Origin: Anolis carolinensis
Lineage: Eukaryota
DNA length: 64,000 nucleotides
NCBI RefSeq assembly: GCF_035594765.1
Contig: NW_026943819.1
Location: forward strand, 18,712,703 to 18,776,702
Direction of reading: 5' to 3'
The notes under the pieces are model-generated. The model was not told the DNA's origin. It saw only the letters and a program-made list of their open reading frames with translations, and searched no databases. Made by a program: the position numbers and the translations under genes. Of the stretch, positions 51,927-64,000 are shown in pieces (position 1 is the stretch's first letter; every line of letters begins with the position of its first letter).

Positions 51927-52445
51927 TCATATATATATATAAAGGAGTAATGGTGTCCGTTCCTCCCACTAAACAACAAAAGTACAAGCCCCAGAACCTA
52001 GAAATTTGGCAGCACAACCCACCATCCTTGCCCCTAGGTTCCGACAACAAAAAGAAAAGAAAAATAAAGTCCTAATTAGAGGGAGAGAAATAATTGTTCT
52101 TATCCAATTGCTGCCAGTTAGAAGGCTAAGCTCTGCCCACTTGGTCTCCTAGCAACCCACTCAGCCAAGTGTTAATAAAAGAATAAAAAAATAAAATAAA
52201 TACAAATAATACAATAAAAATAATAAAAAACACTAAAATAATTAAAAACACTAAAAAATTAATACAATAAAATACTATAACAAAATAACTACAAATAATA
52301 CAACAAAATAATAAAATATAATAAATAAAAAAGTTACAATAAAATTAATTAAAAAATACAAATAACGTCAAATAAAAATCCACAACAATTTTTAACTAAT
52401 ACCACCACCACTTTGCCACAGCAACGCGTGGCTGGGCACAGCTAG
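51927..52445 (+). mobile_element. Non-autonomous Helitron (A-rich subfamily)
   Basis: (TA)n start, shared core, gccacagcaacgcgtggc hairpin, CTAG|T. Confidence 0.85.
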
Positions 52446-52943
52446 TATCTGTATAAATTTCTCAGATACAGAGATTGTACTATATTTATATTAATGTAAG
52501 TCACCAAAAAGTTTCCAGCCAAGTAATTACTGCGCAAATCTGTTGGCACAAGAACCCCGAAAGTTTACCAAGGTGTTCATGCACAGAGGACTATCTGTAT
52601 TTAATATTGTGCTGAATTCAGAGCTGGTCACCCATCCATTTAGAAAATGCTCCCTGAATTCTTGTCTCAAATCAACATGAAATAAAAAGCTTTGGATGTG
52701 TGCAACCACTCCACCTAATAACCACCTGGGTAGAAAATTAAAGCTCAAAAGCTCTGTCAATGAGTAGGTGCATTCAAAAAAAAAAAAAACCCACCCCAGT
52801 AAATTAATAAATTCCCCCTGAATCCATAATAGATACATCTTTGTTCAGCCATGAAACTTCGATATAAATTGTAGCTTTTTAGGCTTGGCTGTCAAAAAGC
52901 ACAATATATATCATCCACGAGTGGATACGGAGTTCAAAAGTAC

Positions 52944-53092
52944 NNNNNNNNNNNNNNNNNNNNNNNNNNNNNNNNNNNNNNNNNNNNNNNNNNNNNNNNN
53001 NNNNNNNNNNNNNNNNNNNNNNNNNNNNNNNNNNNNNNNNNNNNNNNNNNNNNNNNNNNNNNNNNNNNNNNNNNNNNNNNNNNNNNNNNNNN
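52944..53092. other. Assembly gap (149 N)
   Basis: Directly visible. Confidence 1.
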
Positions 53093-53789
53093 CCAGGGAT
53101 ATTCACAGAACACAACCCCATTGAGGTGGGAGGGAGAAACTGGAGAAGTGAGTGAAAAGAATAAAGAGTCAAGTACAGGCCAAACAAGACATTAAACTTT
53201 CCAGGTGAGCGGCTTGGTAGATCAAACAAACAGATTGAAGAGGGAGCCTGGCTTGTTGATTGAACACACACATTCTTAAACGCACTTCTTTAAAGAATGC
53301 CGAAGAAAGGTAACAACCATATACTATTTATTGTAAATTAATAGTGCCGCCTTTGTCCTCTCGCTTTCTCTCTTTCTTCCCCTCCCTCATTCAAAAACCT
53401 TTTGATGCCAGGCATAAATGAGAGCAATTTTTAAGGGAATTACCAATGCATATTTTTAAAAGGTACTAAAAATAAAACGGAAAGGGAAAAGATGAAAGAG
53501 TAGGCTGCAGAAGGTGGTTAAGTGGGAAGAAAAAAAAAAGAAGCACACAACTTTGAAAATGTGAAACATTCTTGATCATCTGAATGGGCTTTATCCTGAG
53601 TAATTTTTGTCCCTAAAGGATGGATTTTACCAACAATTTCAGGATTGGGACACATTTTTTTGTTTCCGTTTTGCACTCTTATGCATGGTAGCCTCCCAGA
53701 TGATTCCTCATACCATGAGTATCGGGCCTGACTCTGGAAAAGATCAGAATAAAATCCCTCCCCTTTCACATATGTTTTAGATATAGGCT

Positions 53790-54100
53790 AAAGGTTTTCC
53801 CCTAATATTAAGTCTAGTCATGTCCAACTCTGGCAGTTGGTGCTTGAGATATCTCCATTTCTAAGCTGAAGAGCCGGCATTGTCCATAGACACCTTCAAG
53901 GTCATGTAGCCATCATGACTGTATGGAGTGCTGTTACCTTCCTGCCAGAGTGGTATCTATTGATCTACTCACATTTGCATGTTTTCAAACTGCTAGGTTG
54001 GCAGAAGCTGGGGCTAACAGCAGGAGCTCACCCTACTCCCCAGATCCGAACCAATGCAAGTTCTGCAGCTTGGCAGTTTAACCTACTGCGCCACTGGGGA
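53790..54100 (-). mobile_element. Sauria SINE
   Basis: Body match. Confidence 0.87.
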
Positions 54101-54345
54101 TCTCAGTTTTAGATTTAGTTAGACTATATCTAGACATGATTATTTTCATTTGGTATAGTAGCTTGAGTGTTGGACTACAAATCTGGAAGGCCATGTTCAT
54201 CCACTGGGAAAATGGATGGGTTGCTTAAGAACACCACGTAATGAAGTCATAACTGAGCTGAAATCTGAAATTGAGATTTCCACAAGTCATATTCTTGTAT
54301 CTATCTTGTATCTTGTATCACTTATTCCTCAGCTTATATTAAAGA

Positions 54346-54831
54346 CTAGCTGTGCCTGGCCACGCGTTGCTGTGGCGAAGTATGGTGGTATGGGAAATAA
54401 ACTATTGAGGAATTGGTAGTAGTTAAGGTAAAGGGTAAAGCTTTTCCCCTGACATGAAGTCCATTATAAATGGGTTATATAGCTGTGTGGAAGGGCCTTG
54501 AGTCTACACTGCCATATAATCCAGTTAAAATAAGATAATCTGTATTTTATAGGCAGTGTGGAAGAGGCCTAAGTGAGGCCTAACTCTGCCTGTCCCCTGG
54601 GCTGAGTGTGTTGCTAGGAGACCAAGTGGGCGGAGCTTAGCCTTCTAACAGGCAGCAATTGGATAAAAACAATTATTCCTTTCCCTCTAATTAGGACTTT
54701 ATTTTTCTTTTTGTTGTATGAATGTAGAGGCATGGATGAGGGGTTGTGCTACCAAGTTTAGTGTTTCTGGGATGTGCAGTTTTGTTGTTTTGTCCTAGGC
54801 CGAAATTTCATTACCCTTTTATATATATAGA
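54346..54831 (-). mobile_element. Non-autonomous Helitron (cargo-bearing, internally deleted)
   Basis: A|TC...CTAG|T on minus strand. Confidence 0.87.
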
Positions 54832-55576
54832 TAGATATGTTGTGGAATCATTCTTAGTTCTGTAGTCTGTTTGGTTAGTATATTCTTGGCAAGCTGAAGG
54901 ATACTTTAGAAAACAAGTGATGAAAAGGAGTCTTTTCTGCCCAGGATGCATCCTATCAGTACCTCTGCCTTTGAGAATCTATGCACCTAACATATGGACC
55001 ACTGACAGATCCTGTTCCTTCTTCTTGACAATTTACTTAACACTGAAGCTTTTTCATTATAATTTTTGCCAGAATTCAGGCAGGGGACATGTGTATCTCC
55101 ACAGCAGGTGTTACAAACAACTAGTTATAATGAAGTCCTCTTTACTCAAGAGCAAAACAAAGATATCCAGCAATTAGGTAGGAAAGAGCAATGGGATGGG
55201 GGAAATGATGTTTTCTAGGAATTGTGGCATACACATAACAGCCCTTGTGGTCTCATATGCTAGGAAATAGGAACAGCTCCATTTTCTGATAGACCAGGAA
55301 AAGGTTCTGAGAAAATAAATAGCAGATCATAACAGGCTTGATAAAAAAAAAAAAAAAGAATGTGTGGCCAATGAAAAAATCAGGTCCTCCGGGAATAACA
55401 AGGGGTCACATGATTCAAATCAAGTTAGGGAATGGGAAAATCTCTTAGAAAATAGAGGTGCATGCAAAGGATGGGGGCTGTCTGCATCAGGACCAGCCAA
55501 AGGTAGTTTCCTTCCTGAGATGGAGAAGACGGTGCTTCGGCTCGTTCTCTGTGCACCCTAGACAATTTTAGGAGAT

Positions 55577-56181
55577 TCAAGGCGGGTTAAACTGTTGAGC
55601 TGCTGAATTTGCTGACTGAAAGGTTGGCAGTTCAAATCCAGGGAGGGGGTGAGCTTCTGCTGTTAGCCCCAGCTTCTGCCAACCTTGAAATTCGAAAACA
55701 TGCAAATATGAATAGAACAATAGGTACCACTTTGGTGGGAAGGCAACGGCATTCCATGCAATCATGCCAGCCACATTACCAGGAGCCTCCGGTGGCCTAG
55801 GGGATAAAAGCCTCATGACTTGAAGGTTGGTTTGCTGACCTGAAAGCTGCCAGGTTCGAATCCCACCCGAGGAGAGCGCGGATGAGCTCCCTCTATCAGC
55901 TCCAGCTCCATGCGGGGACATGAGAGAAGCCTCCCACAAGGATGGTAAAAACGTCAAAACATCCGGGCATCCCCTGGGCAACGTCCTTGCAGATGGCCAA
56001 TTCTCTCACTCCAGAAGCAACTCCGGTTGCTCCTGACACACACACAAAAATGCCAGCCACATGACCTTGGAGGTGTCTATGGACAACGCCAGCTCTTCGG
56101 CTTAGAAATGGAGATGAGCACCAACCCCCAAAGTTGGACACGACTAGACTAAATGTCAGGGGAAAAGCTTTACCTTTACCT
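55577..56181 (+). mobile_element. Sauria SINE split by another SINE
   Basis: Halves 55577-55780 and 56050-56181. Confidence 0.87.
55781..56049 (+). mobile_element. Full-length tRNA-derived SINE (third young family)
   Basis: A box GGTGGCCTAGGGG, B box GGTTCGAATCC; 17-bp TSD ATGCCAGCCACAT(T/G)ACC. Confidence 0.88.
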
Positions 56182-56549
56182 AAGGCAGTGGGTAGCCTAG
56201 GTAATTCAGTTCAAAATGCAAGAGACACCACCATCATTTGTTGCTTGAAATGGGCATCTCAATCTCCTTTACATTAGGGACAACTCTGACCTGCACAAGG
56301 GAGATGAGCCTAAACAAAAGCTGGGGCTGAAATCTGAGAAGATGGTGTGCTTATTTGTCATTCCGCAAGAAGCTATTCTGTTTGCGACGGGTGCTGCATC
56401 AAACAAGATACAATTCTTTGCAGTCTGCATAAAATATCAAAAACTCAATGAAAACAACAGCCTAAATCCAATAATTAGTCTAAATTAGAATAGATCCCTA
56501 ACATAAGCATGGACTTACCAAGTAACCACCTGATTTGGTGAATCTACTA

Positions 56550-56872
56550 CAGTAGAGTCTCACTTATCCAACATAAACAGGCCGGCAGAATGTTGGATAA
56601 GTGAATATGTTGGATAATAAGGAAGGATTAAGGAAAAGCCTATTAAACATCAAATTAGGTTATGATTTTACAAATTAAGCACCAAAACATCATGTTATAC
56701 AACAAATTTGACAGAAAAAGTAGTTCAATACACAGTAATGCTATGTAGTAATTACTGTATTTACGAATTTAGCACCAAAATATCACGATGTATTGAAAAC
56801 ATTGACTACAAAAATGTGTTGGATAATCCAGAACGTTGGATAAGCGAGTGTTGGATAAGTGAGACTCTACTG
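56550..56872 (+). mobile_element. Tc1/mariner MITE (CAGTAGAG family)
   Basis: TIRs and TA TSD. Confidence 0.92.
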
Positions 56873-57935
56873 TATATTTATGACGACAATTGGATTTAGG
56901 TCGAACGTTTGGATATTATTGCATGCCGCAGTCAAGATTTCTCAAGAGAGTTGACAAATGCTCAAATAGCTTGATTTGACTAACCCAAAACATCAATGAG
57001 ATTATTCTGTGTCTGCTACAACTTCAGCGAGCCCTACAAAAGATATAGTGGTGTGGGGGATATACAGTCTGACAATATACGGCCCATCAGTCCTTCTTGT
57101 CCACATGGCCCATCAGTCCTTCTTGGAGATGACAAGAATGAGACCACCTCCCTACAAAGTTACGACTCTTTTACTTAGTCTCTCTTCAGACCAGAAAAGT
57201 TTCCTGATCTACTCAAGATAATACATTCATCCGTTCCTCATTTACAGTAATTAATAAGCTACCAACATAAAATTTTTATCACTAACAGCCTGGAAATATA
57301 ATACTTAGATTCATAGTGATTTCTTCCCCCTAAAGACCCAACCTAACCGCTCTCCTTATGAGATTATTGCTTTAAAAAACCGAGAGAAGCTTTTCTTATT
57401 TTCAGCTTTTATTGGCAATCAATTCTCATTAAGTTCAGCACATTTATCTTTATAATGTATACATCACAATTACAACATCAAAGGATTTGCATCAACATAA
57501 TAAACATGATCTATAGAAGACCACAAAGGAAAGTTTTAACAATGGCCCACCATTATTAATTAGCTGAATGGGGTGTGTAGCCCCATTATTGCTAAAGGGA
57601 AAATCTGCAACATCCTATTCAGAGGGCAGACAAATATCAGACTTGGGTACATCCTGGATTCAACCTTCCTACTTGACCTCAAATTAACAATTTGAAGGCA
57701 TCTGAGTATTCAATAATGTGAAGGTATCCGAGAAAGTTTCTGGTTGCCTGCACTTAAAAAGCCGTGTTGAGCTAGCCCCAGATTCTCCCATGATCTTTAC
57801 AACACTCTTCTTCCAAACTATGCGAGTTGCAGGATTCGAGCCTACCCTGTCTAGTCATGCCATGGAACTCTGTGGAGCTCTGTGGCCATCGCTACTGCGA
57901 AGAAAAATAGCAAAAGTGAGTGCCAACCTATTTCT

Positions 57936-58626
57936 AAAAAAGATCTTGGAGTCCTTGTGGACAACAAGTTAAAAATGAGCCAGCAATGTGATGCGGCTGC
58001 TAAGAAAGCCAATGGGATTCTGGCCTGCATCAATAGGGGTATAGCGTCTAGATCCAGAGAAGTCATGCTCCCCCTCTATTCTGCCTTGGTCAGACCACAC
58101 CTGGAATACTGTGTCCAATTCTGGACACCGCAGTTGGAGATGTTGACAAGCTGGAAAGCGTCCAGAGGAGGGCAACTAAAATGATCAAAGGTCTGGAGAA
58201 CAAGCCCTATGAGGAGAGGCTTAAAGAGCTGGGCATGTTTAGCCTGCAGAAGAGAAAGCTGAGAGGAGACATGATAGCCATGTACAAATATGTGAGGGGA
58301 AGTCATAGGGAGGAGGGAGCAAGCTTGTTTTCTGCTGTCCTGCAGACTAGGACGCAGAACAATGGCTTCAAACTACAGGAAAGGAGATTCCACCTGAACA
58401 TCAGGAAGAACTTCCTCACTGTGAGAAGGGCTATTCAGCAGTGGAACTCTCTGCCCCGGACTGTGGTGGAGGCTCCTTCCTTGGAGGCTTTTAAGAAGAG
58501 GCTGGATGGCCATCTGTCGGGGGTGCTTTGAATGCGATTTCCTGCTTCTTGCAGGGGGCTGGACTGGATGGCCCATGAGGTCTCTTCCAACTCTACTATT
58601 CTATGATTCTATGATTCTATGATTCT
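57936..58626 (+). mobile_element. Young CR1 LINE, 5'-truncated
   Basis: KDLGVLVD...[17 protein letters not shown]; WNSLP..VVEAPSL; (ATTCTATG)n tail. Confidence 0.95.
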
Positions 58627-58810
58627 CCATGCCCTTACAGCGGGAGAAATGGGATGGTGCCACTGGCCTATGTTCACAGTGGGACTGGTTCTAATTGACA
58701 ACCATCCCTAGGAAACAGATTTGTCAAATCCTGGCTCCATGACTGAAGACCTCTTTCTATGGTGGGACAGCCATCCACCTCATTTCTCAGACTATCTTAG
58801 GACACTCTAA

Positions 58811-58959
58811 GGCCATTTCCACACAGCTGAGTAAAATCCCACATTTTCTGCTTTCAGCTGGAATATATGGCAGTGTGGACTCAGACAACCCAGTTCAAAA
58901 AAGATATTGTGGGATTTTCTGCTTAATATTCTGGGTTATATAGCTGTGTGGAAGGGCCC
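58811..58959. mobile_element. PIF/Harbinger-type MITE
   Basis: Imperfect 18-bp TIR GG..C..TTCCACACAGCT; TAA TSD. Confidence 0.75.
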
Positions 58960-59556
58960 TAAGACATTTTGTCACCTGATGCGGGCTTTCTCTCTGTTCT
59001 ACAACCAGGACTTGCTTTGACTCCTTGTTTGCACCTTTCTTTAAACTGCATTAAAATGAGTAGTTGGTGGGAAACAAATACTGTTCATATGCCTTTGAGT
59101 AGTTTTTTGTTTGCCTTCAAAGCTTTATGGTGCAACAGACTACAAAAACAAGGTTGAAACCCCACTTGGCCATGGAAAACCAGTGAGTAGCCTTGAACAA
59201 GTCACACACAGCTTCAGAAGAAAGCAACAGCAAACCAACCTTGCTAAGAAAAGGTTAGGGTCATTATAAGTTGAACACTACTTGAAAACATAAAATAACA
59301 ACACTGTACATATTGTAGAAGTGATCACCTATTATAATTATTATTGCTATTATGTTTATACCTTAGTTTCTCTCTCCATATGAAGACTCAAAGCAGTTTA
59401 CAGTAAAAGCATTGCAACACAATTTAAAATCTATGAAAATATAAGTATTAAAATAGAATTAAATATCAATGCCATTAAAGATGCACAGTTAAAATCCATT
59501 TAAAAGAACTGGATTTCTACATTAAATACTCTGCATCAAAAGAAAACCTTTTCTGT

Positions 59557-59589
<33 letters not shown>

Positions 59590-59593
<4 letters not shown>

Positions 59594-60370
59594 GGAGAAG
59601 ACCTGGCTATGGCTCACAAATGGGACCCTGAAGAAGGAGACAGAAGGCTTGATCCTTGCAGCTCAGGAGCAAGCCATCAGAACAAAGGCAATTAAGGCCA
59701 AGATCGAAAAATCAGCTGATGACCCAAAATGCAGACTGTGCAAGGAAACTGATGAAACCATTGATCATATCCTCAGCTGCTGTAAGAAAATCGCACAGAC
59801 AGACTACAAACAGAGGCACAACTATGTGGCCCAAATGATTCATTGGAACTTATGCCTCAAGGACCACCTCCCGGCAGGAAAGAACTGGTGGGATCACAAA
59901 CCTGCAAAGGTTGTGGAAAATGAGCACACAAAGATACTGTGGGACTTCCGAATCCAGACTGACAAAGTTCTGGAACACAACACACCAGACATCACAGTTG
60001 TGGAAAAGAAAAAGGTTTGGATGATTGATGTCGCCATCCCAGGTGACAGTCGCATTGACGAAAAACAACAGGAAAAACTCAGCCGCTATCAGGACCTCAA
60101 GATTGAATGTCAAAGACTCTGACAGAAACCAGTGCAGGTGGTCCCGGTGGTGATCAGCACACTGGGTGCCATGTCAAAAGATCTCAGCCGGCATTTGGAA
60201 ACAATAGACATTGACAAAATTACGATCTGCCAACTGCAAAAGGCCACCCTACTGGGATCTGCATGCATCATCCGAAAATACATCACACAGTCCTAGACAC
60301 TTGGGAAGTGTTCGACTTGTGATTTTGTGTTATGAAATCCAGCATGTCTATCTTGTTTGCTGTGTCATAC
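59590..60370 (+). mobile_element. R4/Dong-clade retrotransposon, 5'-truncated
   Basis: ORF 59649-60122 CCHC plus endonuclease, premature TGA; (TAA)n 5' and (TGA)n 3'. Confidence 0.93.
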
Positions 60371-61621
60371 AATAAAATGATGATGATGATGATGTAAAGA
60401 TGAAGGATCTAGCTTTTAAATTTCCTTTTATCCAACCTCCCTGTAAAACATTTTTAAAAACATAGAGGGAATAAGGCTTTATAAAACTTTAGAGATGGCA
60501 ATCATCATTTTGCTTCACTCTTAATGAAGATCTTAGCAGCCTGCAATACTCTCCAAAATTATAATGGTGCTATTTAGCATTTATATGCCTATTTGGAGCA
60601 CTGAATGCTCCTCATAGATATTATCACAGAAAGGTTTACTACAAACCTATACAGCCGGTCTGTATTACTATTCCCAGATGTTACAATGAGAGGAGAGGGA
60701 GCTAAAATGAGAGGTGAGGAGGATTTGCCAAAGGCCACTTAGTGGGACACTCTTGCCTGCTTCACATCCATATTTTGGGAAGATCATGGGATGCTATAAA
60801 GCTGGCTCCATTTCCCCCACTGGGGTGAGGGTGGGAGTACTTTATGAAGTCTCTTTAGTGGAAAAAAAATGAGAACAACAAAATCGATAGCGAGAGGCAA
60901 GTATATGAAAAATGCATTTCGAACCGTTTTTAAAGTCTCATGTTGCAATTCAGTAATGCTTTCAAGGTAACACACACATTTAAATGTAAATTTGCTGCAA
61001 GAGGGGAAAAAGACTTAAGATAAGGAGCTTTCTTTTGCTAACAAAGAAGAATCAGAAATCTTACCAGCAGTAACTTTTTGAAGAGACTGGTGTGACAGCA
61101 GCAAGGAGATACATAGGAGGAACTCCTGAACATTGGACTTTGCAGCATCAGAACATACATTTACACAACACTGGTTTGTCTTTGAAGACTATGGAAGCTG
61201 CCGGGATGTATGAACACAGCATTGAACCCCTTTTCATTCCATTTTAACTGACATCACAATATGCTATGGAATTCTAGGGTTTGTATTTTGGGGAAATTTA
61301 AAACATCCCTTCTTAAACTTCAAATCCTAATACTTTCTATTCCAAAATGACATGAGCACTCATACTATTGCCTATTAGCCATATCCTTAAGAAACATTTT
61401 CTAAAAAGATCTGACACATTCCATGTGAGTTATCTATTATATCAGACCAAACTCTCAATTTATGTACAAAGTGGCACATTTTTGTGAGTTTACTATTACT
61501 TGAAAGGAAGTGAGTATGAAAAGTAAAAAGCCGGAATAGTAACGCACTGAGATTTCTCATTTTAAATTTTATAGTGGACAGCAGACTTCTTTATAGCTGA
61601 CAGCAGACTGCTCACCAGCCT

Positions 61622-62064
61622 GCTGTGGCGCAGGCTGGTAAACAGCTGCTGCAATAAATCACTCTGACCATGAGGTCATGAGTTCGAGGCCAGCCCGTGG
61701 CGGGGTGAGCACCCGTCAATTAAAAATAAAAAATAGCCCCTGCTCATTGCTGACCTAGCAACCCAAAAGATAGTTGCATCTATCAAGTAGGAAATAAGGT
61801 ACCACTTATAAAAGTGGGGAGGCAAGTTTAACTAATTTACGACGTTGGAATGAGGAAGTGCGGTCAGAGTGGATGATGAAGCAGCTGCTCCCCCCTGTGG
61901 CCAGAATCGAACATCCCCTCAGGAGAAGGTTAAATTGCCTCTGCATCTGTCTGTCTCTGTCTCGGTTCAATGTGTTTATGGGCATTGAATGTTTGCCCTA
62001 TATGTGTATAATGTGATCCGCCCTGAGTCCCCTTCGGGGTGAGAAGGGCGGAATATAAATACTG

Positions 62065-62096
<32 letters not shown>
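61622..62096 (+). mobile_element. Anolis SINE2-like SINE
   Basis: A/B boxes, L2-like tail, (TAAA)n. Confidence 0.9.
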
Positions 62097-63510
62097 ATTT
62101 GTGTGTGAAGGAGGGGGAATTTCATTATTTTAGTTGCTCAACCTAACTGCAAATCAATAGACAGATACACTTGAAATAGGATATGTAGTCAGTCATGGCA
62201 GCCTTTTGGGAAGCGAGTCTGGCAAACACATGAAAACCAAATGGGTCACTCAGACTGTGGTTCAGATGTGGGCAGTGTGCTTCCTTCAAATAACTTTGCC
62301 AGCATGAATATAGTTTTCCTTTATTTGTAATAGATAGCGGAGCAAGAAGGTATAGTATGATGTTCTGCCAGGTAGAATTACACAATGTCTTTCAGCTTTT
62401 GGGTCCATTAACTCTTAAAGATACAGGAGCCCTGTCCCATATTCAATCTGGCAGCCCTATCTTCCAATCTCATTTAAAAAGCCAATTCTATGATGATAGA
62501 TATATAGATAGCTAGGCAGGTGAGTACGTAAACAAATCTTGCCATCTTGCAGTGGAAAGGGGTGGTGTTGTCCCATTCACTACAGGAGGACAAACATAAA
62601 TTTAAAATCCCATGTCTGAATCTATCCATTGTCCTTGCATTTCTATTCATTTCCCATGATCAGTTTAAGCTGCTGGGAGGGATTCATTGTTGGCTCAACA
62701 GTGAAGGGCAAAATCTACTTTGCTCAATCGACCACGCCACCTCCACAACCATAAGACAGGAATTATCAAACAGTATTTAAGAAACACCCTGGCTTCCACC
62801 TGTCACTCGAACTATCCCCTTTTATCATTGGCCACATGGCTTAGGATTTACTCTCTTGCAGATGTGAGAAAGGTATAAATACCAGATCTAATTTCAACGG
62901 AGCAATATATAGGGCACAAGCCTATAATCGTTACAAAGATACAGATGTTGGACACAGATGTTCTTGTGTCCAAGCCGCGGTGCATCCTGTTAACGTATTT
63001 GTGGAGAATAGTTGTTAAAGCTGAGCTAATGCCAATCTTCTTAGAAGATTAATAATATTCTAGCATTGCATTACCAAACCATTAAACACACTTGAAAATG
63101 CACACTAGTATGTCAATCCTTAATACATCATCTTACCAAAGGCACTGAACAAGGTCAGAGTTACTTATTACAGCTTTGCTTTTCCACTAACATTTGCACA
63201 CATGTTGTGCTGGAGGTTAAATCCCAGCCAGCTGTAATCTCCACCACTACAGACTCCTGTTCAGAGCACCAATGGATATTCTTTACTGGAATGGGAGCCT
63301 AGTGAAGAGAAATTACATAGAAATGAGATAGATAGAACTGAGAATCAAAGCAATACTGTGAAACAAGATGGTTACACCATGAAGATGATTTGGTTTCACC
63401 AGTCCTTTCAGCATTAAAAAGTGGCCCAGATTGTGCCCTATATATTTATTTTGCTTAGAAATCATCTTCTTGTTCAACAGGGATGCCTTAGAGAAGGCAA
63501 ATATAAAACA

Positions 63511-63568
<58 letters not shown>
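63511..63568 (+). repeat. (CT)n(AT)n compound microsatellite
   Basis: Directly visible. Confidence 0.98.
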
Positions 63569-63571
<3 letters not shown>

Positions 63572-64000
63572 TAATGAAATTTCGGCCTAGGAAAAAACAA
63601 CAAAACTGCACATCCCAGAAACACTAAACTTGGCATCACAACCCCTCATCCATGCCTCTACGTTCATACAACAAAAAGAAAATAAAAATAAAATCCTAAT
63701 TAGAGGGAGAGGAATAATTGTTTTTATCCAATTGCTGCCAGTTAAAAGGCTAAGCTCCACCCACTTGGTCTCCTAGCAACCCACTCAACCCAGGGGATAG
63801 GCAGAGTTAGGCCCCACTTAGGCCTCTTCCACACTGCCTATAAAATACAGATTATAATATTTGAACTGGATTATATGGCAGTGTAGACTCAAGGCCCTTC
63901 CACACAGCTATATAACTCATTTATAATCTTATATTATCTGCTTTGAATTGGATTATCTTGACTCCACACTGCCATATAATCCACTTCAGTGTGCAGTCGG
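63534..64000 (+). mobile_element. Non-autonomous Helitron (cargo-bearing), runs off the window
   Basis: Colinear with 23617-24066. Confidence 0.87.

Noticed and set aside
55781-55870. tRNA gene
   Set aside because: The A/B boxes belong to a SINE head; there is no cloverleaf, and it continues into a SINE body with TSD.
57081-57125. 19-bp direct repeat (and a ~37-bp dimer at ~9697-9770) as CRISPR-like
   Set aside because: Only two units in eukaryotic DNA; simple local duplications.

Overview
AT-rich vertebrate genomic DNA, most likely squamate. The repeat families (Sauria SINE, Anolis-SINE2-like, CR1, L2, R4/Dong) point to an anole lizard such as Anolis carolinensis; this is inferred from repeats only. 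I recognise no host protein-coding exon, RNA gene or CpG island, so the window looks intergenic or deep intronic. Every convincing ORF is a retroelement remnant. The window holds five 5'-truncated R4/Dong-type retrotransposons (CCHC knuckle plus PD-(D/E)xK endonuclease) at (TAA)n microsatellites, many L2-like 3' ends with (TTA)n tails, two CR1s, one L1 fragment, two solo LTRs, about four SINE families, Tc1/mariner-, hAT- and Harbinger-type MITEs, five non-autonomous Helitrons, two Penelope-like fold-back inserts and a 149-N gap. The most notable observations are: (i) L2 tails appear to supply the (TAA)n landing pads for R4, and one L2-tail/(GTT)n/R4 composite occurs twice, 43 kb apart; (ii) a MITE has acquired an exact 240-bp copy of unique DNA from 5.35 kb away; (iii) Helitrons carry fragments of other transposon families.
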